Source: Candidatus Nealsonbacteria bacterium CG23_combo_of_CG06-09_8_20_14_all_40_13 (lineage in GTDB: Bacteria; Patescibacteriota; UBA1384; UBA12157_A; GCA-002773005). From it: 37,309 nt of DNA. Positions 30,152 through 36,271 of this stretch are shown here, piece after piece (position 1 is the first letter of the stretch; the number at the start of each line of letters is the position of its first letter). Location: positions 1-37,309 of the forward strand of contig PCRM01000039.1 in the NCBI GenBank assembly GCA_002771215.1, given 5' to 3'. The position numbers and the translations under genes were made by a program. The notes below the pieces were generated by a model that saw nothing but the letters and a program-made list of their open reading frames with translations, did not search any database and had not been told where the DNA came from.

Positions 30152-31173
30152 TCAAACATACTCCTTATAAATCTGGCTGGCAAGACTGCGACTCAGTTTG
30201 TAGCTATTGCAATGTTGCAATAGTCCTAAGTAAGAGGACAGATTTTTTCGGTTGGCTCTTTTGAACATTCTTCTTTTAGTTTTGGTTCTCAAGAGCCGAT
30301 AGTGGGGCAAAACTACATAACTCAAGAAATCAATTCCTTGTTTTAATTTTCGAATAATAATTTTATTAGGATGTACTTTAAGTTTTAACTTGTTGTTCAA
30401 AAAATGCTCTATAACCTCGATTAAAGATTTTAATTTCTCCAAATCACTGCCTAAAACCACAAAATCATCGCAATAGCACAGGTAATATTTTGCGCCAGAG
30501 GCGCATCCGCCTTTGGCGGAAATTTTCAGGTTGTGCTTAATAAATTTATCAAGTACATCAAGATAAATGTTGGCAAAAAGCTGGGAAGTTAAATTGCCGA
30601 TTGGGATACCCCTATTAACTCTCTCTCTCTCTCTGGATTTCCAAAGCTCAAAATAATATTCCAAAGCAAATCCAGAGTATCTTTTTCGAAAACTTTTTTC
30701 TTAATCAGCTCAAACAAAATATGATGATCAACTGAATTAAAAAACTTCTTGATATCGCACTTTAACGCCCAACATTCGCCAATATAATTTTTCGATACCT
30801 TTCGAGTAAAACTTTCCAACCTATCAACCGCCTTATGTGTTCCCTTTTTATTCCAACAAGAATAAGAATCATAAATAAACCCTTTATCAAATATCGGATA
30901 CAAAACTCTGTAAATTGCGTGGTGAACAATTCTATCCTTGACACAGGCCTTGTGAATATTTCTTACTTTTGGGTCAGTAATAAAAAATGAGGTATAATTT
31001 GAATGTCGGTAAGTTCTGTTTTTTAGTTCAAAATGCAAACTAAACAGATTATCTTCTAAATTCCGCTCAAAAATTTGGACATCTGATTTTTTACATTTAC
31101 CCTTGCGAAATTCCTGCCAACTGGCAAATAAATTTTCTAAACTAATAATTTTACAAAAAAGATTATTATGCAA
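30152..31173 (-). CDS. DGR-type reverse transcriptase, interrupted by a frameshift in an (AG)8 tract (two ORFs: 30589-31173 and 30152-30664)
   Basis: N-terminal ORF has LENLFASWQEFRKGK and RT motifs 1-3. C-terminal ORF has RGIPIGNLTSQLFANIYL (the (I/L)GxxxSQ motif typical of DGR RTs) and YCDDFVV (YxDD). The frames join if one AG unit is removed, giving about 339 aa. Apparent TTG start at 31173. Confidence 0.8.
30619..30634. repeat. (CT)8 / (AG)8 dinucleotide repeat at the RT frameshift site
   Basis: Read directly: aa-ctctctctctctctct-gg. Confidence 0.95.
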
Positions 31174-31524
31174 AATGAAATTCCTTTATTTCAAAAAATA
31201 TATGACTTTTATAAACTATTTTATGCTTGCATTGATAATTTCTCCAAAAAATCTCGCGAAACTTTAGCGTCAAAAATAGAAAATACTATTATTGGGCTCT
31301 TAGAATCAGTCGCATCGGCTGCATATACCAACCAAAATGAAAAGTATAGTTCCATCCTGAATGCTTCTGCCAAAGTGGATTTTCTTAAAATTCTTTTCAG
31401 ACTTTGTTACGAATTAAAAATTATTAACCAAAAGAAATACCTTCTGATGGAAGAAAAATCACAGGAAATCGGTCGTATGCTTGGCGGTTGGATTAAATCA
31501 TTAAAAACATCAGACCGCTCATAA
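31168..31524 (+). CDS. avd: Avd-like accessory variability determinant (four-helix-bundle / 23S rRNA-intervening-sequence protein family)
   Basis: 118 aa, predicted all-helical, C-terminal IGRMLGGWIKSL resembling the Avd LGxWI motif. Adjacent to TR and RT but on the opposite strand; its ATG (31168) overlaps the RT start codon region. Confidence 0.75.
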   Translation: MQNEIPLFQKIYDFYKLFYACIDNFSKKSRETLASKIENTIIGLLESVASAAYTNQNEKYSSILNASAKVDFLKILFRLCYELKIINQKKYLLMEEKSQEIGRMLGGWIKSLKTSDRS

Positions 31525-31536
31525 AACGGTCTGATG
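31508..31536 (-). terminator. Perfect 10-bp hairpin abutting the TR; terminator-like on the minus strand
   Basis: CATCAGACCG-ctcataaaa-CGGTCTGATG. On the minus strand it is followed by TTTTTAA. The loop contains the avd stop codon. Confidence 0.5.
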
Positions 31537-31538
31537 AG

Positions 31539-31670
31539 AAATTCCCACGGGACGCACAGCCCTGTTGTTCCAGTGATTATCGACATTGTTGTAGTTCACA
31601 TCCGCAAGTCCACCGTTGTCAGAGTTACCACCATTGAGACGGTTTGAAGCGTCCTTGAAAATTTATTTGT
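31539..31670 (-). repeat. DGR template repeat (TR)
   Basis: Non-coding copy of 32005-32136 (offset 466). On the minus strand it carries seven AAC codons in the VR frame, all of which differ in the VR. The 5' boundary is fuzzy and may extend to about 31680. Confidence 0.85.
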
Positions 31671-31917
31671 TCTCGTCAATCAGCCACTGTCCCTTGATCA
31701 CTCTTGGGGCTGTATTTTATTTGAAAGTACCCCGATAATTCGGAGATCTTTTCTAAAAACAGATAAGGAGTTTCTTTTCTTTAATGGCAATTCTTTGAAG
31801 CCTTGGCCGCAAAGTTTATAACCATTAAAAGGAATCAAGTATTATTCTTAAGCCATAGCCGAAGAAGCAAACTTGTTCCAAAAACATTTTATCAAAAAAT
31901 GAGAAAATTACAAAAAT

Positions 31918-31946
31918 GGCGGGGAACCTAATGCAGGTTCCCCGCC
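31918..31946 (-). terminator. G+C-rich 11-bp hairpin downstream of the target gene/VR (terminator and/or DGR-associated stem-loop)
   Basis: GGCGGGGAACC-taatgca-GGTTCCCCGCC, followed by ATTTTTG on the minus strand. It lies about 50-75 nt past the stop codon. Confidence 0.5.
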
Positions 31947-31993
31947 GAAAGATAGGGGTCCAAGAGACCAAAAGAACCAAAGGATCAAAAAGC

Positions 31994-32932
31994 CTAAGCG
32001 TCCAAAACTCCCACGGGACGCACAGCCCTGTAGCCCCAGTGATTATCGACATTGAAGTAGAACGCATCCGCAAGAAAACCGCCGCCAGAGCTACCACCAA
32101 AGAGACGGCTCGAAGCGCCCCTGAAAAACTCCTCGAACCAGACCCAAGTATTGGTCCGGCCGTCTTTTTTGCGGGGTATCCACATGTAAAGCTGTGGGAT
32201 GACGTTGGCCTCGATGGTCTGCTCTAGGCGGAAGGTTACCCCTTCGAACTCCGGACGGGCCTCGAGCGCTGGTCTGATGTGTTCATCCCATTCTGAGGAT
32301 GAGATGTTAAACCGACTGCTTGGCGGACCGGCGTCGGTGTGGGCAATTTTGCCTTCGGTACGAAGAGCTTCAATCACTCCACCAAGGAAGCCTTCGTCGT
32401 TGGCAAACATCTGTCGACCGCCATCGTAAGCCGGCTTGCAGCGGGTGTCGATGAGGACGGTGGTGCCTTCGAAGCGAACTTCTTTGACTATTTCCAACTC
32501 GCCAGCGACGTTACGGCGCTTGATGGAGCCGTCCGCCACCTTCTGCCAGAACCATGACTCGGGTTTGATCTTCCAGCCGGGAAATTTTGATCCATGCGTG
32601 AAGACAATCCTGGGTAAAAAGTGGGGCTTCAATCCCAGCTTGGCCCATTGCATGACGCGCTTTTCGCCAAACTGTTTCAGTGTTGCCGCAAACTGTGACA
32701 AGTCGAATGTCTCGTTGAAGAAAGCGCCGAGAGCATTATTCTCGGCTTGGACCAACTGATCAAGCCAGTTGATTTTCGAACGAATCAGCACATTCCGCAA
32801 ACCTTCTGATAGTTGTGCTGAATGTCCAATCCAGAACAATGCATCTTCCTCAGAGAGATCATCGGGTAAAATTTCCGTAATCCTACCGATAATCCTTCTT
32901 TGGGTTTTTAAGGTGAGGGTGGTCCGAGACAT
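31994..32932 (-). CDS. DGR variable (target) protein with C-terminal VR; likely C-type-lectin-fold ligand-binding domain; no signal peptide seen
   Basis: 312-aa ORF with GGAGG SD. The C-terminal ...WVWFEEFFRGASSRLFGGSSGGGFLADAFYFNVDNHWGYRAVRPVGVLDA is encoded by the VR. Visibly more G+C-rich than its neighbours. Confidence 0.8.
   Translation of the reverse strand: MSRTTLTLKTQRRIIGRITEILPDDLSEEDALFWIGHSAQLSEGLRNVLIRSKINWLDQLVQAENNALGAFFNETFDLSQFAATLKQFGEKRVMQWAKLGLKPHFLPRIVFTHGSKFPGWKIKPESWFWQKVADGSIKRRNVAGELEIVKEVRFEGTTVLIDTRCKPAYDGGRQMFANDEGFLGGVIEALRTEGKIAHTDAGPPSSRFNISSSEWDEHIRPALEARPEFEGVTFRLEQTIEANVIPQLYMWIPRKKDGRTNTWVWFEEFFRGASSRLFGGSSGGGFLADAFYFNVDNHWGYRAVRPVGVLDA
32005..32136 (-). 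repeat. DGR variable repeat (VR)
   Basis: Near-identical to the TR. 22 mismatches in the core, 19 at TR adenines (minus-strand sense). An identical 22-nt block CAGGGCTGTGCGTCCCGTGGGA lies at the 3' end. Confidence 0.85.
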
Positions 32933-33095
32933 TTCGGGTGTTCCTCCTTTGCGCCACCTGCCTGCCGATGAGGCGAGGTTCAGGAATTTACGCGCTTCTT
33001 GCTCTCCTTAGAGCTTATTTAATCAGGATAAAATAGCCGTTTCCCTGGCCAAATAAGCTCCAAGGAGTATTTTCAAGGTTCAATTCTAACACTAA

Positions 33096-33124
33096 AGTAT
33101 AGCATAAATATGAGAAAAAGTCAA
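33096..33124 (-). promoter_or_regulatory. Sigma70-like promoter for the DGR target gene
   Basis: Minus strand TTGACT (33124-33119), a 17-nt spacer, then TATACT (33101-33096), about 160 nt upstream of the ATG at 32932. Confidence 0.45.
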
Positions 33125-33342
33125 GAGAAAAAGATCTGTGATAGAGATTTGAGATAGAGACGAAAACGAGCGAGCCTGTAGCCGAAGCAAACCATGTTCC
33201 GCCAAAAGGCGGATAAACTCCGACAAGTCGACTGGTCCGCCGAAACTTTAGTGAAGGCAGAGACACGAGCAACGCCCGGGGAAAAACATTAATTTAGAAC
33301 ATTACGGCGATTGCGTGTTTGCGCGGCGCAGGCGAGCGATGG

Positions 33343-34341
33343 CTATTTGTTATAAATCTTTTCCGCTTCGGCTTTTAGTTTTTTCCACCAGGCCGGGTTT
33401 TGGCGATACCAAGCCACGGTTTGGGCAAAAAGTTTTTTAATATCTTTTGAGGGCCGCCAGCCCAACCGTTTTATTTTTTGTGCTGAAAGCCCGTAACGAA
33501 AGTCGTGTTGTGGCCGCGGGTCAGGTACAAACTCAATCCAATCCTTGGGGTCAATTTTCATCGCCTGGCACAAAATTTCGGCGACATCGCGGTTTCTGAT
33601 TTCGGGCTTGTTGTTGGCCGCGATGTTATAAGCTTGCCCAATTTTGCCTTTTTTAATCAAAAGTTCTATCGCTCGGCAACAATCCTCTACATAAAGCCAG
33701 TCGCGCACCTGCAAACCCCTACCCCAAACCGGCATTTTTTTACCCAAAAATACATTAGTGATGTAGCGAGGCAGGGCTTTTTCTGGATGTTGGCGAGGAC
33801 CAAAATTGTTGGTCGGCCGGACAACGATTACCGGTACTCCTTTTTTGGCATACTCACGAGCCAGTTTGTCGGCTTGGGCTTTAGATTTGGGATAATCGGA
33901 TTTTAAATAGCGAAAGCGCCGGTCGGCATCATTTTCTTTAAAAAAGCCATTTTTGATAGAGCCGTAAATTTCATCGGAAGAGATATGAATGAATTTTGAT
34001 AATTTCGTTTTGGTCGCTGCCTCCAAAAGCGTCCTTGTCCCCTTAACGTTGGTTTTGTAAAAAATTTCTGGGTGTTTTTCAGCCCGTGTGTTGTGGCTTT
34101 CAGCGGCAAAATGAACAACGATGTCAATATTCTTCAACAAATCATTCACAAGTTTTCTATTGCAAATATCGCCCTTGACAAATTCAATTTTTTTTAGCAC
34201 TCCCTTTATATTGTCAGTGTCCCCGGCATAAGTCAAAGCATCGAGCACTACAATTTTGTCTTGGGGGTGCTTTTTGACCCAAAAGTGGACGAAGTTGCTC
34301 CCAATGAACCCCGCTCCGCCAGTAATTAGAATCTTTTGCAT
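33343..34341 (-). CDS. rfbB: dTDP-glucose 4,6-dehydratase
   Basis: MQKILITGGAGFIGSNF, catalytic YPKSKAQAD (YxxxK), RmlB colinearity. ATG 34341 is preferred; the 27-codon ORF-track extension is encoded by an A-tract repeat array. Confidence 0.9.
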   Translation of the reverse strand: MQKILITGGAGFIGSNFVHFWVKKHPQDKIVVLDALTYAGDTDNIKGVLKKIEFVKGDICNRKLVNDLLKNIDIVVHFAAESHNTRAEKHPEIFYKTNVKGTRTLLEAATKTKLSKFIHISSDEIYGSIKNGFFKENDADRRFRYLKSDYPKSKAQADKLAREYAKKGVPVIVVRPTNNFGPRQHPEKALPRYITNVFLGKKMPVWGRGLQVRDWLYVEDCCRAIELLIKKGKIGQAYNIAANNKPEIRNRDVAEILCQAMKIDPKDWIEFVPDPRPQHDFRYGLSAQKIKRLGWRPSKDIKKLFAQTVAWYRQNPAWWKKLKAEAEKIYNK

Positions 34342-34412
34342 AGTGATTTTTTTAATTTTTTCAATTTTGCATTTTACATTATCATTTTGAGATTTGCATT
34401 TTGCACTTTGAA
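34342..34412. repeat. 7-nt-periodic T/A-tract array in the rfbC-rfbB spacer
   Basis: tcaattttgcattttacattatcattttgagatttgcattttgcactttgaatt. Shares CAAAATGCAAA (minus-strand sense) with the groES-groEL spacer array. Confidence 0.6.
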
Positions 34413-34982
34413 TTATCGCCATTTATATCCAATCTCCGGGCTATTATAAGGCAAGCGTTCTTCGTCTGGGCTTTCGGCATTATACGGCTCTGTCGTATGA
34501 TAAAAAAGCAAAACCGGCTCTTTTGACAAAACTTGATAGCCGTGGGCGATGCCTTTAGGAATCAGGACTAATTTATAATTATTTTCGCCGGCTAAAATAA
34601 CTTGAGTTTTTTTAAAAGTCAGTGAATTTTTTCTTAAGTCATATAGGACTATTTTTGCTTTACCGGTAGCAACAAACCAGAGGTCATCTTGTTTGTGATG
34701 AAAATGAAAACCTTTGATTGTTCCTTGATAAGCGACCGTAAAAGTAGTTTGACCAAATTTTTGAAGTAGTTTATCGTCTTGACGTAAAACTTCAACGAGA
34801 AAACCAGGCTTTATTTTGGCGGCGAGAATACCCCGCCTCTTGGGGCGAGGATGAAAGCCGCCGAAAGAACTCGCCCGAAGGGATACCCCGTCCCTTGGGA
34901 CGGGGTAGTTCATTTTCGTCTTTCGAACATCGGGTATATCACGATGGATTTTTAATTTTTTGATTTTTACACCTTCAATCAT
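34413..34982 (-). CDS. rfbC: dTDP-4-dehydrorhamnose 3,5-epimerase carrying a 39-codon in-frame insertion
   Basis: Cupin core GFHFHHKQDDLWFV...IPKGIAHGY. Removing residues 21-59 restores IPDVRGFLVEVLR, which matches the usual RmlC DxRG strand. Confidence 0.8.
   Translation of the reverse strand: MIEGVKIKKLKIHRDIPDVRKTKMNYPVPRDGVSLRASSFGGFHPRPKRRGILAAKIKPGFLVEVLRQDDKLLQKFGQTTFTVAYQGTIKGFHFHHKQDDLWFVATGKAKIVLYDLRKNSLTFKKTQVILAGENNYKLVLIPKGIAHGYQVLSKEPVLLFYHTTEPYNAESPDEERLPYNSPEIGYKWR
34806..34922. repeat. 117-nt G+C-rich palindromic element inserted in frame in rfbC
   Basis: Minus strand: TACCCCGTCCC-aa-GGGACGGGGTA (11-bp stem), GGGCGAG...CTCGCCC, GGCGGC...GCCGCC, ending ...GGCGGGGTA. No stop codon in the rfbC frame. 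Confidence 0.75.
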
Positions 34983-35025
34983 TCTACTTCCTACTAAATT
35001 ACGAATTTAACAAAATTACAAATAT

Positions 35026-35406
35026 TCATTTATTCAAGTTAATTATCCGTTTAAATCTTACTCCTTTGCTTGTGAAATTAATGAGTAATCCTAATTTTAA
35101 TTTCATACTTTTTAGATAAGAAAATATTTGTTCTATATCTCTTCTGAAAAAATGGTCACCGACTTTCAATTCAACTGCAATGGCATTATCAATTAGAAAA
35201 TCTAAAATATATGTGTCAAAAACTTTGTTGTTTATTTTCAGCGACACCCGAACTTGACTCTTGAAATTTTTTTGTTTTTGTTTCAAAATTTCCGCTAATG
35301 CTTTTTGATATGTGCTTTCTCTTAATCCGGGCCCGAGAGTGTTAAAAACTTCATAACAACAACCGATTATTTCATAACTTTCCTTTTTGTAAATGATTTT
35401 TGCCAT
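35026..35406 (-). CDS. GxxExxY family protein (PD-(D/E)XK-like)
   Basis: 126 aa; ESYEIIGCCYEVFNTLGPGLRESTYQKAL contains G-L-R-E-S-T-Y, the family's eponymous motif; ...AVELK... Confidence 0.7.
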   Translation of the reverse strand: MAKIIYKKESYEIIGCCYEVFNTLGPGLRESTYQKALAEILKQKQKNFKSQVRVSLKINNKVFDTYILDFLIDNAIAVELKVGDHFFRRDIEQIFSYLKSMKLKLGLLINFTSKGVRFKRIINLNK

Positions 35407-35482
35407 AATTTATAAGAACCATCGCCTTCGGCGAGAACCTTAGTCCCGCTTCACGTGATAAATTATTCGTAATTTCGCTTGA

Positions 35483-36271
35483 TTAGTAAATTCGTAGTCC
35501 CTTCTTCCTTGCCCAATAAACTGCGGTTTTAAATAAACTATCAAAGGTGCCGGCATCCGACCAAAAACCTTCCAGTGTCGCCCAAGCTAATTTGCCGGCT
35601 TTAACGTAGCAATTATTTACATCAGTTATTTCCAGCTCGCCGCGGGCTGATGGTTTACATTTTCGAATAAAATCAAAAACCTTGTTGTCATAGATGTAAA
35701 GCCCAGTGACTGCGAAATTTGATTTTGGCTTTTTGGGCTTTTCCTCGATTTTGACAATTTTATGCGTTTCCGGAGTTATCTTGTTTTGAGTTTTTCGTTT
35801 TAAGTTTTGAGTTTGAAACACCGGCACGCCAAAGCGCTGGGGGTCGGTTACTTCTTTCAAAAAAACCATTGCTCCCTTCCCCGAAGGGGAGCCTTTGGCT
35901 TTAAATTTTTTTACTGGTTTAGAAATATCGGCATCAGTACAATTGTCGCCTAAAATAACGGTGACTGGCCCGCCCTCAGCAAAATCTTCACAAAGTGATA
36001 AGGCCTGAGCAATACCGCCCTCTTTTTCCTGATATGTGTATTCTAAATGTTTAAGCCCTAATTTTTTGCCATTACCCAAAACTCTGATATAGTCCCCTGC
36101 ATAAGGGCCGCCTGTCACAATAATTACATCTTTAATTCCAGCTTTAACGAGGGTTTGAATCGGATAAAATACCATAGGGGAATCAAAAATCGGCAATAGG
36201 TGTTTTGATGTAGCATAGGTAAGAGGATATAGCCTTGTCCCTAAACCACCAGCAAGTACTACTCCCTTCAT
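35483..36271 (-). CDS. rfbA: Glucose-1-phosphate thymidylyltransferase (short form) with in-frame repeat insertion
   Basis: MKGVVLAGGLGTRLYPLT, EEKPKKPKSNFAVTGLYIYD. The segment QTQNLKRKTQNK is encoded by the 32-nt repeat copy at 35783-35814. Confidence 0.85.
   Translation of the reverse strand: MKGVVLAGGLGTRLYPLTYATSKHLLPIFDSPMVFYPIQTLVKAGIKDVIIVTGGPYAGDYIRVLGNGKKLGLKHLEYTYQEKEGGIAQALSLCEDFAEGGPVTVILGDNCTDADISKPVKKFKAKGSPSGKGAMVFLKEVTDPQRFGVPVFQTQNLKRKTQNKITPETHKIVKIEEKPKKPKSNFAVTGLYIYDNKVFDFIRKCKPSARGELEITDVNNCYVKAGKLAWATLEGFWSDAGTFDSLFKTAVYWARKKGLRIY
35783..35814. repeat. 32-nt perfect inverted copy of 2680-2711, inside rfbA
   Basis: gttttgagtttttcgttttaagttttgagttt equals the reverse complement of aaactcaaaacttaaaacgaaaaactcaaaac. 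Confidence 0.9.

Larger units (their letters stand above)
30152..32932 (-). mobile_element. Diversity-generating retroelement cassette: target gene with VR, TR, inverted avd, RT
   Basis: A TR/VR pair with adenine-biased mismatches, an Avd-like gene and a DGR-type RT all lie within 2.8 kb (see the component features). Confidence 0.85.

Noticed and set aside
30152-31173. The reverse transcriptase as a group II intron or retron RT
   Set aside because: No intron RNA domains (for example a domain V-like hairpin) or maturase/endonuclease extension could be seen, and no msr/msd-like inverted repeats. The adjacent Avd-like gene, the adenine-biased TR/VR pair and the IGNLTSQ motif point to a DGR.
31825-32227. 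ORFs 31825-32100 (minus) and 31916-32227 (plus) overlapping the VR and the target 3' end
   Set aside because: They overlap the better-supported target ORF and its terminator hairpin, and have no SD or motifs. Likely spurious frames in G+C-rich DNA.
33015-33272. 85-aa minus-strand ORF between rfbB and the DGR target
   Set aside because: It spans the predicted promoter and leader of the target gene, has no SD and gives an unconvincing translation. Treated as non-coding regulatory or structured DNA.
34806-34922. The rfbC insert as a mini-intein
   Set aside because: 39 aa is far too short, there are no Cys/Ser...His-Asn splice-junction residues, and the DNA-level palindromes point to a nucleic-acid element.
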